64,000 nt of DNA from an uncultured Planctomycetia bacterium (GCA_964421015.1 CAYQUS010000003.1:41269-105268); one strand, 5' to 3'. Counted from the stretch's first letter, positions 1-15,000 are shown. The notes: a model not told the origin generated them from the sequence alone. A program made the numbers and translations.

Positions 1-1
1 C

Positions 2-3000
2 GTGGAAACGCTTTTCAAGGCTTTCCATTATCTCTTCAAGTTCCGCGACGCCGACCTTGTGGTAAAGGACGGAATGCTTTATGCCAAGCTCAGAAAGCCT
101 TACCAGTTCTCAGAACTTGAGACGCTCAATACCGGAGACACCATAGTTATGAGCCTCGCTGACGGTAAGGTGCGGCAGATACGTATAGACACCGTTCTTT
201 CGGAGAACGCTGTTGTGTCAGAGGGCAATCTCTGGAAAGAGTTCAATTACGAGCCTTTTGCCGGAAAGGTTGACCTTGGGAATATCTCGAGTGTGCCCGC
301 GGAAGGTTTCGAATCCGGAGTAAGGTCTTACGGCGCCGGCAGCGAAAAGCTGACGGTTACGGAGTACAGCAGAGATAACTGGGAATTTCTGAAGACAAGT
401 TTCACTTTTATAAACGAGCTGGGAGAAGACAGCGTTTCCTTCACTATGGCCGAAACCGAGGATGTCCAGGGCCTCAGCGATCCCCAGAAGACGGTGTGGA
501 TAGACTTTCACGATACGGCGAGAACCACCCGCAAATACGTGGGCGAGCTTGAGATAAGTCCGGAAGGCGCGAAAATAAACCCAACGGTCACGGACAGGCC
601 CATACTCATAGAGGATGTTACGCACCCGGAAGGAAGGCATGACCTGCTTTCCATGAAGAAGTTCGGGATATTCGACGAGAAGAACCCCACTGAACAGAAA
701 TTCTTCGAAATGGACAAAGACGGCAAGATGTTCAGGGGAGTGTCTCTTGAGTTTTCTGATACTTTCGATCATGGGATAGTCGTGGTGTACGAGAGAGTAA
801 AAGACGCCGCGCCGGGAAGCGACGAAATTATGATGCGCAAAACCGAATATGTCGCCGACGGGGTTAGGGATTTTGATGAATACCTCAGAGAATACGCCTC
901 TTCGGGGAATGTCAGCGGCCTTGAATGGATATCAGAAGGAGTCTACGGCATAAGAGAAGGGCTCGACATACAAGGCAAAAAGAAAGAGATATGGGACACC
1001 TACGAGTATCGTCACATGAACGGCGAATATTACACCGTAACCGAGGTCCCCGGTGACGGCACCGATTACGGCGTTGAGACTAAGAGCTACATACAGAAGG
1101 GCCGGAACGTTTTCGGCAGGGAATACGAAAGGTCTTTCACCACGCTTGTCCGTGACAGCAAAGTGATAACCGAGCAAAGTATCCAGTTCCTCGCTCCCGG
1201 CGAAGAATATAAAGACGAGACCGGCTCGCAAAGGACGGATTTCGCGGGAAGGGTACAGACGGCCGTAAAGATGCGTCCCGATGAAGTAACGGATATCGAG
1301 GTCCTCACAGGAGCCGAAAAGGTAGCCCCGGGCGATAAAGCCGAGCTGACCAGAGGCGCTATAGAGATACCCGAAGCCAGTTTCGAAGGGATACCGGAGG
1401 AAGAGAGATTTGTTTTTAGGACAGAATCCAAAGAGATGAGGTTCATAGAGGGTATGCCGCGTGTCGTAAAAGAAGAGACACGTATAACCGACAGCCGCGG
1501 AGAGATACTTTACACGGTTACCACCAATTACCGTTTTGCCTGGGACAAAGGAACGATGGAGAAAGAGTCCACCGAGATACTTGTATACGACAATACAGCA
1601 GATGAAAATGGGGAAAATAAAGACGAGGTCAGGAAGTATGTTGTGGAGTATTCTCCGGAGTACCCCGCCGGCCGGTTCATGGAAAGAGGCCGGTACATAT
1701 CCAGGGACAAGTTCCTTTACCTGGCTTCGGAAGGCAAGGCCGTAAGGAAGATACTTAACTATGTCGACGGTTCCGAGGTGGAGAGAGAGGTGGACCTTTT
1801 CAGGTATGTGGACCGCGATCACCCCTCCATAGACGAAGTTTATGAGACTGAAAGATGGAGCGATCCCGCGGAAGACGGCGGGGCCAGGGAAACGGCTGTG
1901 ATAAGAGTTTCAAGCATGGATAAACGGGGAGTTTCTCTGGGCATGACCGCTTCGGACAGCCGGGTCATTTTTACCGACAATGACGGAAAAGAGACCGCTT
2001 CGGTGCCTTTCCCGCAGGCTGAAGAGGCGACGTTCGAAAGAATAGAAAGTTCCGGAGAGATACGTTCTCTGGACGGGGCTTTACTGGGAAATATCGATCT
2101 CGAGAACGGCATGGTAAACGTTGTTTTCGGCGGGGACCAGGCGGACGGGCCCGGCAAAGTAATAGTGCTTCCCGAAGGCGCTTATCTCGGAAGAAGCGTG
2201 GTAAGGCGCCCTGTAGGGCTTGCGAGCGACGGGAAGACCGTGGAGTTTGAGACCATAACAAGCTCTTTCGGTATATATGATATCACCGGCAAACCTTATT
2301 ACAAGCACACGACCGAGAAGTATCCCGAAGCCGAGGATAAAGCCGAAGCGCACACCATCGTGAAGTACAACGAAAACGATAAGACAATGTCGGAATGGCT
2401 CTACGTTATAGGGGTTTCGTCGGACTCTGACAAGAGGTCGGCCGAACTTAATAACCCCGTGGTTTCCTCAAGGCACGCTCTTACGAGGTATCACGGTCTT
2501 AAGGACGATTTCTACCAGATAGAACTCGAAGAGAAAGACAGGATAAAGCGCGACGCCCTCTCCGGGAGGTATTCCACAGAGGACGACTACCAGACCAGCT
2601 ATGTCTACGACAAGAACGGGTTTGCTTCACAGAGGGATTCAGGGACGCTTCCTCTGGCCAGCGAGACCAAGGTATTCGACCCGGTAACGCAAAGTATGAA
2701 GACAATAGAGGAGAACGTCTATTTTTATAACGAGGAAACCGGAGAAAGGTTCATAGTTGACGTTACGGGTATACTGCCGGCTGAAGTTGACAAGAACGAT
2801 CCCGCGGCAGTTCTAAAGTATCTTGACGAGACCGGCCAGACGGTCACGGTGTTCAGGACGCTAATGCCCATCGAGATGCAGTTCGAAGCCGAGCAGTGGA
2901 GGACAACGGTTTCCGAGAAAGAAGGTAAGATCTCGGTGAACTATACCGATCCCGGGGCTTCGCTTGAGCTTCTAAGGATAAAGCATCCCGACAGCGAACA

Positions 3001-6000
3001 CTTTGGCGGGACCTACATAACCGTTCTTCTTTCCGGTAAAGCCGGAGCCTATGAGGTAGAGGGAGTTTTCATGGGTAAAGGCGTGCATCTCTTTTACGGA
3101 GTTGCCGGTAAAAAGAGGGTAAGAGAAGGCGAAGAGCTTCCTAAAGATATAGTTACGATAGATCCCGTGACAGGACAGGTTCTCGGAGTAAGAGAAGATG
3201 TGCTTGAGGGATGGAAGGAAACAAGGAGCGTTTCGTTCGCCTATGATAAAGGCGATGAGACTGTGGTGCTTAATATTCCCGGTGTTATGAGTTCGGATGA
3301 GCTGGGTATACCCAACCCGGACAGGGGCGACGGGGTTTTCTATCTGCAGAAAAAAGTGCGCATGCCCGACGGGCAGGTGGCTTTTGTAATAGCCGAGTTC
3401 AAGGTGAAACTTAAAGAAGGCCAGACTTACGCTGAGGCTCTGGATGAGCTCGCGGCAAAAAGGAATTCTCTCACGCTCGAGATAGATTTCGAGTCGGCAG
3501 GAAACAGCCTTAAAGATCTCGGCACGCTTGAGTATCTATACTTCCCGTGCCATATGGGAGATGACAAGGCGCAGCTCTACCAGATGAAAATAGAGATGAA
3601 CCCCGACAGGACAATAGGGGACGTGGTAACCCTTAACCCGATGGAGGATTTCAAGGCCGACACGAATAGAGGATGGGAATTCGAATATAAAGAAGAATCC
3701 GCCCCAGGTCTTACGGAAATATCCAAGACAGGCACGGAGATATCTCTCCAGGATGTGGAGATACTAATGGATATAGCGCCGGCGGAACTTCTTCCCAGAG
3801 AATTTTCCATCTGGGGCGAAGAGACAATGAGATGGGTAAAGACCCCGCAGCCGGAAGGCGACGTAATGGTCGAATACTTCAAACCCGGCCAGACCAAGGC
3901 GTTTAAGGTGACGTGGGAGATAGGTGAGAATGAGGAAGCGAAAGCGCTTGTTGAAGGCGCTCTGGCAGGTCTTCCGGAAAACAGTATTTTCGGGAAAGAC
4001 GCTGATAAAAAAATAAAAGACGTGGTATACACGTTTGCCAAAGAAAACAATATAACAGATAGCGCTCTTCTTGCTCAGGGCCTTGAAAGAGCTATCGAGA
4101 TGGAAAAGGTTTTTGAAGAGGTGCTGGGCAGAGAGAGCGGGACACTGGCGTCTTCAGTATCTCCGGAGTCAAGGCCGGCTATGGCCAGCAGCGTTCTGTA
4201 CTGGACCGGTAAACTGAGTGTTCAAAAAGATGCCTCAACCGGGGCTGTTACAGGATTCAGCCGGATAGGAAGATCTCTTGGGAATAGGGCTATTCAGATG
4301 AAACCGGCCGTGGTAAAAGCCATGCAGGATCTTTACACCAAATACGGTTCTGATGCCCAGAAGGAAGGAATAGCGGCATTCACGACAGCTGGAACCGGCG
4401 AAGAATTGGTCGTGCTTGATATGGCAATATCACTCGCGGCGACAGATATAACTACGGACAGAGCAATGAAAGATCCTGCCCAGGTGATAAGCGCCGCAGA
4501 TATGCTTTTTGACGGCGAAAGTTATGATAGGGCAGAGCAGGGTATTTTATCTGATCTCAGAAAAGCCGCGGTGAAAGAGTTCCAGGGTATTCTCGATGGA
4601 ACTATAGCCCAGAGCCTTTCGGTAACGATAGAGTCTTTTATGAAGGGTAAGGTGCTGGCAGAAGCTGAAAATCTGGTGGAAGCCATACAGAACAAACCGG
4701 CGGATGCCGATGAGAGCGTAGAGAAAGGAATTGAAATATGGAAGAAGGTGGTGCGTACTTACTATGAGGCTTACGGCGATATTCTCTTTTCGGAGTTTGT
4801 CGATAATAGAAGAAAAGCGCCTAACATGTACGCTTTCCACGCGCAGGACCTTAAGAGCAAAGTGACTGAAATACTTGAAGAAGCCGGAATGGAAAACCTG
4901 GCTTCCGAAATAACGCCGGAGATAAAAGTGCCGGAAGTTAAGCCCGAAGAGGCGGCTCTCAGTATTTCTCTGGATGAGATGGGTCTTAATATACGTCCGG
5001 AGGCCCTTACTCCGAAAGTTATTTTGTCTGAAAATGAGGATTTGAACGGTAAAGGCGCCGTTTATTTCTACGCCAGTAACGAGACTTCTGAAGAAGCTCC
5101 GGGTACGCGTAACTTAGCGGGTAAAACGGTTACTGTTACCGGGAAAATGCCGTATCAGGCAGACCCCGACTCTCCGATAGTGATAGCCCTTACCGATACC
5201 AACGGCAATACCATGGCCGCCACGGCGACGGTGGGCGAGGACGGAAATCTTACGGCGGTATTTGAAAAAGTGCCGGCAAGCGAAGATTTTGACGGAACCA
5301 GCGTTGTTCTTATGGAAACAAGGTTCGCTATGGCGTCGACGACCCCGCCTGTTTGGTCGGTTATGGGAATAATGGTTGCTTATATGTTCGCCAGTTTCAT
5401 GTTCATGGTCGTTAGAAAAGTCCGAGGGTACGGTAAACTTTTGCGTTTGTCTAAAGCAGGGGCGGAGCTAAAAGCAAAAACCCCTATACCGATGACAGGC
5501 TTTATAGCCGATTTTATAAGGGACCTGGGCTATGCGTGGAGAAGCGACCGCTCTTTCACTGGGGCGGCGTTCAAGGTATTTTTTATTGGATTGTTTAATA
5601 TATTTAGAGGAAAACCTGCCGAGAAAAAAGAGGAAACTAAAAAAGTTAAGGAAGAGGAAAAAACAGAAACTACTGCAACCGACACAGCCAGGGAAAAAGC
5701 TTCACTTCAGCCGTTGGAGACAACGAAAGATGCCGAAGAAACAGCCGTACCCGCCGCTACCACCGAGGCTGTAGAAGAAGTTGCTATTGAACCGGCACCG
5801 GTAACCGAAGAAGAGATCCAAACCGAAGTCGATATGGAGTTAGTACATCTCGGTGTAAAAGAGATGGCGCATGCCATAAGGGGCTGGGTAGACGATATTA
5901 AGGTCGATTTCAGAATGATAGGGATTCAGCAGGAAGAAGCCGGCATATTTCTGCCTTTTATGAGGTCTTCCGAAATATGGGAATTCTCGGACTATGCCGC

Positions 6001-9000
6001 TAAACCAAAATATTCTCTCAGCAATATCACCCGGGGCTTGTCTATGGTAGGACTGGGCCTTGCCATCTACGGCCTTGCGGGTTTTGGCGGCGCTCTTACC
6101 TGGATATATCCGGTCGCTCTTATGCTGATACTTCCTGGGTTCTTTAACTGGCTGGCCGTGGCTAAAGTCTCCGTGCCGGGGAGTATAGGGTTTGTCTTAA
6201 TGCACACCATTCTTCCTCTTTTTGGTATGTCGCATCCGGCTATAAGTGTAGTCTTTAGCGCCATTTTTATCGCTTTGTATGTAGCAGCGCCGTTCTATAA
6301 ATATTTGCGAGCGATAAGTGATCCTAATAGCTATGTGGAAAAACAGAGGGGACAGCTTGAGACATTGCGAAGTATGGTATGGATAATGCAGAACGGAGAT
6401 GAATCGCTGCAAAGAGCCGCAGATTGGCTAAGGAGCCACGGAGACCAGGGCCAAAAACTCGAGAAAGAGGAACTTGCAAATATTGCGGACAACAAAGATC
6501 TTAATTTAAGCTCCGAAGCCATACTATACTTGAAAGCAAGAAGTGTTTGGTATTCAAAAGAACGCGGCAAGTTAGGTTTAACTAGAAAACAAGTTATAGA
6601 ACGTCTTGAACTTCTGGCGAGATTTAATAAGAATGTATTGCCCCATATAAAGGACCTTAGAAGGTGGAGACGTTCGCATGACGTGGGCGCCGGGACATCC
6701 TGGATAGGAGCGAAAGTGCCAGGCGGAGAACTGGAAGAGCTTCCTGAGTTCTCTAAAGAGCTGGAAAGTACGCTCAAAGAACTTGACGAACTGGTTGTTT
6801 CTACTCCCAATGAAGGTTCTTTTCGGAAGGATGCGCCGTTTTATCTATTGGGCGCTGGAATGGCCATGTTAGCCGGTGGTATTGGAGTGATATTTACTAC
6901 AGGTATCGTAGTGCCTATCGTAATAGGAGTTATAGCGGTAACGGTTTCATTTATGCTGTTAGTGGCGGGGCTTGGAAAAATAAGAGAGAGTGAGATGATA
7001 ATGTCGCCGGGCCGCGATATGAAAAAGCTGTGGCGCGATAATTTCAGGATCATATATTCCACATCCAGCGGACACGAGCTCAAAGCCCTTGCTTTGTGGA
7101 AAGGCCTGCAGGAAATAACCGCCGCTATAAGCAGAGAGACTTTGGTAATAAAGGCAGAAGAGACACTTTCTCGAAACAGGTTTGTTAATATTGTTCAAGG
7201 AAGTCTCAATAAGATGAAAACCGCACTTACGAATGTGCGTGATACGGCGATTGTAAGGGGCTTTTTCGATTCTTTCCATCTTTCAAGGAACGAAGAATTT
7301 GTCAGAAAAGTCCACATGCTGTTCAATGTTGTTGTTTTTGTTCTGGTGATAAGCGTTGTTCTCCAGCTTGCCACTTTCACGGGGCTTTTTGCCGTCAAAG
7401 AACTGGCAAACCTTGTACTTGCCGGAGAGTTTCTGTCTTTCTCGGAAGTCTTCGCGAAACCCTTCTATGTGCTTGAAATAGGAAAGGCCATATTTACATC
7501 CTACGAGCTCCAAAGCCCGTTTACAGCTGTGATACTGGCGTTCACTCAGACGGCTGTTTTCGGCACAACGGTCATAATGGGCCTCTGGCTTGCTCTCGGT
7601 AAGTTTGTTTTCTATTTTCTCGGTGATAATGCCAGACATTACCCCCAGGAGAAGGTGGTTACTTCCCGCCGGGTGTGGCTTAATGTCGGGATAGGCGCCG
7701 CGGCCGCTATTGCCTTTGCCGTTATCCCCGGAGGGTCATGGCTTGCTGTTATCGGCCGGGCCGTTTCGGCTGTATTTGTCGGGATTTCAGTTTTCAGGTT
7801 TTTTATAATGCGTACGGCCTCAACAAGGTTCAAAGCCATAGTCGAGCAAGACAAACTTCTCACCAAGGATTCCCCCATGCCAAGAGTTACGGCTCTCACG
7901 GAAGCTCAGTGGGATGAGATGAAGAGGGAGTCTTTTGACAATTTTGTTGATACGGTTTTAAGCCGTTATAACGCAGAGGAACAAAGAGTTATTCTTAAGG
8001 CTAACGAAGTTGGAAAAGAAAATCTGTCAGACATGGAAAAAATGGTTTACGAAAGAACCCTTGGAAGAGGAGCCGAACCATCCAGGTCTAAATATAAGAA
8101 CTTTGACAGAGCGTCTCTGGAAGAGGAATATAAAAAGCTTACTACCGAAAACCTTCTTAATCGTATGTCCGGAGCGGGTTTTGAGAACCTAAAGAGAGCT
8201 TTAGGCTTGGACTGTGAAGATCTTAAATTGTGGCATATACAGTCAGAAGATGAGAGTATTAAATTTATAGCGAATTCCATAAAAGATAACGAAACTCGCA
8301 AGAAGAATTTTGAGAATTCCCGAAATGCTATAAAGGGCCTCAGCCCGGATGTTTTGAGGGATATTATAGACGGAGATCTTCTTGAGAGACGTGTGGTTCT
8401 TATGTATGACCTTCTCCCGAAATTTACGCCCTGGATAGTTGTTGTGGACGGAGCTAAAGAGACTCCCAAACTTGTGAATTATCTTGTGGGGTACAGATAT
8501 CCTTTGCAGAGAATACGCATAGTTTTTGCCGGAGAGAACTGGGATAACGGAACGGATGATTTTGTGCAGAAAGGTAAAAGCAATAGCAGCATACCTCCGC
8601 AGCTTATTTTCCGCGGTATGCCGGTGAGGGAAGACAATCTTAACGAGGTTGATATTAAAAAACTTCCTCGTGAGGAAAGAAAGAAAATGCTTATGGCGTG
8701 GGTACAGGCCAATCATCCGTACACTAAACCCGGCGCTAATACATCGGTTCTTGACGACTCCGACGGGACAAGCGGGATAATATACGACGCTGAGAACACC
8801 CCGCACCCATTACAGCCCCTTGAGTTTATACTTGGAGTCATGGACGGGGTTGCCACTGTGCGCCGTCTTTCCGATAAATTCACAAAAGCGTATGCCTCTT
8901 CCGAGATAGGAGAAGAAGATAATGCCGCAGTTAGCGTAAAGAAAGCCTCGGCGCTGTTAGAAAAAACACTTCCTGAGTATGGAAGAGCTCTCGACGAAAA

Positions 9001-12000
9001 AGATATCTCCGATAGTTTAAGATTTAACATAAAGCAGAAAGGCATCCTTAAGCGCCAGATGCGTTATTTCGTTAAGCATAACCTTAAAACCCTGCTCGAA
9101 ATAACCGAAAAAGATCCAAAACTCTTCTCAACCGGAATGTTGTTTGAATATATAAAAGAACAGGTCAAGGCAGGAAGGTCTCTCCTTGAAGACAAAGAAA
9201 TGAGGGAGCTTCTCAATCTTTACATAGTTCTTTGTAATATGCCCGGTTATGGTGAGGCCGCGACTGAGTACATAAAGGGAACATTGACCAAAGATGCTTT
9301 CGTGAAAGAACTTATTAAAGGAGAGTTCCGAAGGGTTAATGAACCCAAGAACGGGCAGGGTCGTCTTGCTAAAATAACTAACGCTCTCGAATTTGCCGGG
9401 CCGGATAAGGGTGCGGGGTCGCAAGGTTCGGTAGCGGCTTTTATGTACGGTGAGTATGCCAGCTGGTATGATCCGGGCTGGTCCGGTTTCATGGCCTCTC
9501 AGGACACTTTTAAACCGCTTGGCGGAACCACGGGATATTTCTGTACAGAAGTTATAGAGGAAATAGACTGGCAGGACCAGGACGTACAGACAAAATTATC
9601 TTTTACGGCCGAAGAAAATGATATAGTGAAACAACATTATGTTACAAAGAATAAGCTCCTTGCCATAGGAGCATGGGACGAATTCCAGGTTGCCGAAGAC
9701 TATATGCTTGGTTTCGTAACATGGTGGTACGGCTTTAATATAGCCGGTTTTATGAGTTTAACTCCCGAGAACCCTGCGGGTTTCGAGGCCGAGGTTGGCT
9801 ATAAGTTCAGGCCCAAACAGCTTTCCCGCTGGATAAAGGGGTACAATATCGGCCTTGTTGTTCTTACGGAAAACTGGTCAAACGTAAGTGAACTCTGGGA
9901 AAGAAAGGGCTGGTGGGGTTTCTTTGTTTTTCTTGTCCCCACTCTTTCAAGCGCTGTAAACCCGCTTCTTTTTATAGCGGCAAGGTTCATAACACAGCTT
10001 TGGTGGATATTCTTCGTACCGGTAGAAACAATAAGAACGTTTCTTGTCAATATTACCTTTATGGACGCCGGCAGTTATATTCAGGGTATGCTGCAGGCTA
10101 CCCAGTTAGATACGCTTCTTCTGAATTTTCAGGATTCAGTTGTATGGTTCATAACAGAGAACCTTAACTATCTTGACTGGTCGCTTGGAGCTCCGATAGT
10201 TGTTCTTCCGTTCGCTCTTCACGCCTATTTTACCTTGCGCGGAATATTTAGAGGAGTAGATAACCGTCTGGGGATGGAGCGTATACTGGCCGAACATGAC
10301 GAGCTGCTTGAGGATGCCCAAAAAGCAGATCCAGCTGTTGTAAAAGAAGTAGAGGACAGGATCAAGGCTATAAAGGAGGGAAGTCTAGAAGAAGTTCCGG
10401 GGCTTGTTTCCCCGAAACCTTTCATTCTCGCGGCAAGCGCTCTAATAGGAGCGTTCGTTACAATAATCGCTATGCCGTTTATTGTTTCATCAGGTGTAAC
10501 ATTTCTTGCGGGTGTAGGAGTATGGGTAGCGGTTAGCCTTATTATATCACTCGGGGTAAACAAATTAACCAGATGGTATGTAGACAGCGCGGTCAAGAAG
10601 AAAGCGAATAAAACGCCCGAGGAAGAGGCTGCGGAAAAAGAAGAAAAAAGTATTCGCGCTATGGCAGTGAGAGCCGGTTCGGCCAATCTCTTTATAGCTT
10701 TTTATCATGCTACCGTGTATCTCCCCGGGAATACAATGGCGTGGTCCGAGATAATAAGCGGCGGCCGAACGGGTTATTGGTGGAGAACTCCTCGAGTTGT
10801 AGGTCAGATCGCTCAGGTCAAAAAAAGGCAAGATAGGAAGTTCGCTTTAGGCGAAGCTAAAATTGCAGAATTTCCTAAGCCGCAAAAAGAGGATAAGGTC
10901 GCAGAAGATGAGTTTATAGAAGCCTTCAAGGAAAAAATGACCAAGGATGAACTTATAGAAAGAGATTTGGAACATACGAGGCTCTGGACACGCCTTATTT
11001 ACGGCTGGGGTTTTGTGGGAGCCATGCTTCTACTTGTGGCTTACAACTTCAGGATGAATTTAAGGGACCAGTTCATAACATCTATCGTCTCGCCGTTTAT
11101 GAGCGGCAGCGCGCCGACTACTTATATCTATCAGCTGGCGTCGAGTAATCCTCTTATTGCTTTAGGGATAGTAGCCGGATCTATCGCCATGGCAGGCCTT
11201 CTTTTCGCCGTAAGTCGTTCTAGAGGCCGTTCGGCTGTGCCTGAGGCGTCAAGGCAGGAAACTTTAACTCTTGAACCGCGAACGGAAGAAGAAGTTATTC
11301 CCGAAACCGGAGAAGTTAAGTCCGAGGCGCCGGTAGCACCGAAACCAAAGGTTCCGGCTGTCGGTATAGGCATTGAAGTTTCTGAGGAAGAGGGAGCTCT
11401 TCTTGAAACATTTGAAACACTTGAAGAAATCCAGGCCAAAGTGAATATAAACACCGCCACTCTGGAAGAACTCCAGACAATACCCGGCGTAGGCCCGGTC
11501 TTGGCCGAGCGTATATTGGAATACCGCCAGACAAATGGGGATTTTGAAAGCATAGAGGATCTTCTTAAGGTCAGCGGTATAGGAGAGAAAAAGCTGGAAA
11601 GTATAAGGGAGTACGTGGACATTCCCCTTGAGCTTCCTGCCGCGAGCCACGCAGTACCGATATCCAATAAAGTAGGCATTCCTATAGGGTCTATAGCCAT
11701 GCTCTTCGGTGCCGCTATTCTCGCTTCAATGTCAGCCGGTGCCGAAATGACCGGAGATGCTCTGCCAACAAAGGGCGCACGCCTTTTTGCGTCGATATCA
11801 GGTGTAGAAATAGCTCTTGTAGCCGGGGTTATTGCTCTTCTGGTATACGGAGCGATAAAATTGCGTAATTATTCAAAGGCAAACGCTCTAAAGTTGAGTT
11901 ATAAAGGTTTTTCAGTTCCTATGTCGATAGCGATTCCGCTCAGTAAACTTGTTAGAAATTCTGAAGATAGAGCGGCAGTGATGGATATGATAAATCGGAC

Positions 12001-15000
12001 TGCCTATACGAAAATTCGTAAGGAACCGGCAACGTGGCATTTTGAGACAAAGGGTGAAATAGTGGAACAATGGCCTTCCCGTGGAGGAGACGATAATAGG
12101 TACGGTCCTTGGGTGGAGGATAGAACTTGGGAAGAAAAAGTTGTCGATAGTTACAAAGATGTTGAATACCCTGTTTTCACTAAGACTGCTGAACTCGTTT
12201 CTAACTCTGCTGAACTCGGGAAAGTCTTCGCCGAAACCAAAGCCAGTCTTGCGGTTAAAAGAGCACGTCAAAATGAATACCAGAAGATGTTTGATGTTTC
12301 AGGAGAAGATGAAAGTTTTAACGCATTAGGCAAAATATATGCGTTTTATGAGTTGTTCCCAGGGGCAGATTTTACTCTCGATAATATTTTCCATATCGAT
12401 GGATTTAGTGGACTCGAGAGCAGAGCCTTATTCTCAAAATTGGCAGGGCAAATTAACGACATTGAAAAGCTAAGAGCCATTGCTGTTCTCGTTCTTATGA
12501 GAGTTGAAGGGATAAATAGAGAACTAGTCGAAACTTTAGCGAATCAGGTTGAAGATATTGAAGACTTATATGTTTTGGAAAGCGTTCTTAGGGAGAATGT
12601 TTCCTTGTTGAGGTCGTCAGAAGTTCCTGTCTACCAGGGAATAACCGAAGAGGTTTATCTAAGAACCGATACAGTGGATGTAAAGCAGCATCTTGACTGG
12701 ATAGAGACAGCGAGTGTTCCAGTGTATGAAACTCGCCAAATCGACGATTTTGTGGGATACCGCACTGTAAACGAGTACGATTTTTCAAAACTTGAAGAAC
12801 TCGCAGCAAATACGGAAACATTGAACAGAGTCTTCGCCGAAACCAAAGTCAGGCTTGCGGATGAGAAAGGGTTACCTGCTGAAGAAGTTACAGCTCAGGC
12901 TCCTCTTACTACAGAAACAACTGGAATAGCGGAAATAGAATACACCTCTGAACAGGTTATAACTGACAAGCTTGCGGAAACCGCTCTCTCTATGGGGTAC
13001 GATTCAACTGTGGTAACAGAGCTTGTTGATAAGACGTTGCAGCGTACAGTAACGTATAACGAAGACGGCACGCCGAATTTCGGAAGGCTTGAGGCTCTTA
13101 TGGAAAACCCCATAGCTTTAGGAAGGGTTTTTGAAGTCTTGTCAGCCGACATCCACCCCATATCATGGCAGACATCGGCATGGGCGGCGGCGTTTTACGG
13201 GGCGCTTTCCGTTATTATAGGAATAGGTTCCGTTTCCGGGCTTTCGCTTGGCGGGAACTTTGTTCCGCTTATGGCCGGAGCTCTTGCTATAGTAGCGTCG
13301 ATATACGCCGTTCAGGCCGCGGATGTTTCTTACGGCGTTCTTGCCGGCGCGCCTTCGGCTCTTATATCGCCTTTTGCTAATGCCCTTCCGGCGGAAGAAG
13401 GCTACATAACATATGTAAGAAGCGGCAGGCTACATGTTAACGCCGAAGAAATGGCTAAGCGGCCCAAGGCGCTTCAGTGGCTGTACTATTCGCACGAATA
13501 TCTGCACCTTAAGGGAGTATATTCTCACGCGGCAGTTTACGGTCTTCAGGGTGTTCTAATGGCCGTTACGGCGGGCCTGGGAGTTATACTTGTTTCCACG
13601 GCCGCGGCAATGAGCCCGGCAGCGGTTTCAGGGGTAGGCATAATGGCCCTCGGGACATATTCGGCTTCGGGCCATGCCGAAACAGTCGGTAAACCCGAAA
13701 AAGTTAATGTTTTAAAGTCAAATAGCGTGCCGAACAGCGTATATAACGGTGTTGTATATAGGTATGATCCGAAAGAGGAGGCGCCTAAAGACGAAGAGTC
13801 TATGATGGCTTATCTTGAGGAAACGATGCTTGACTACGGCAGGCAGGGGATGGAAAGGTACTCAGGAAAGCTGTCCCAGGATAACATCAAGGACGAATTG
13901 ACCCATTTGAACGGTGTCAGGTCCTACATTATGAGCAGCACCGGTGATATGACGGTTGAGTATTTCATGATGATGGAAACATTCGGGAAGATCAAGACTG
14001 CCGAAGGTTCTGACATGCCGGTATATCAGCTGATGAATGTGCTGGCTGATGAGCAGAACTGGAGGGCCAGGGCTAAGATATACGCCAATAACGGTACTTA
14101 CGCCGACTTTAAGCAGATAGTTGACCTTTTCCGTAAAGCCGCGGAACAAATGGCTGAATCTTACAGGATAGATCCGTCGGACAGCGAGCTTGAAATAGAA
14201 AAACTCGCGGTAGTAGTTAGCGAACCCGGTTTTATATCTGAAGTTTCGGGCACTCCGGGCATGGCGGAACTGCTTGAGGGTGCTTTGCCGGATGTGGCAG
14301 AGATTATCAGGCAAGGGTATACGGCGAATTTCGCTTTGCGCAGGTGGCTGGAGACGCCCGGGAACGTCGATCTGACTCTTGCGGAAAAAGTTGTAAACAT
14401 GGTATCGTCCAGCCTTTCTGCGATGCATGACGAGGAGCTGGCAAGGTTCATGGAAGAGACCCTTCCCGGAGGAAAATACGCCGGCCGGCCCGTGATAATA
14501 GTAGCCGATAACTTCCTAGCTAGCGAAGAAGAGATAAGAATGCTTACCGAGAAGTTCGGCATAAAAGCGTATGTTTCGTCTAAGGGCGCCAACGAGCTTA
14601 CCGGTCATTACGCGGTAGTGGCCGGGGCGAGCGGTATGTCTATAGCCGCCGGGCTCGAAGAAAGTGTTCTTGCCGGGATAAACACCGGAGATTCATTGTC
14701 GTTCTTCGTGGAAGAACACGGTGAGGACGCGTATCTTCTTTTTACCAGGGAAGACGGCCGGGATTTCAACGAAGAGGCTAATTCCTGGATGCTCACGAGA
14801 ATGCTTAGCGTTACCGCTCTTCAGGACTACTATGCGGAGAGTTCGTCGGGTGACGTTAAACAGACCATAGACAGGGTAAAGTTCCCTGTATTCGGCAACA
14901 TAAACCTGCCTCTTTCTACGGACAGGGCGGTAGGCATGCTTGACAGCCTTATGGAGTCCGGGGCCGACGGCGTAGGGCTTGTAAGGACAGAGTATATGTA

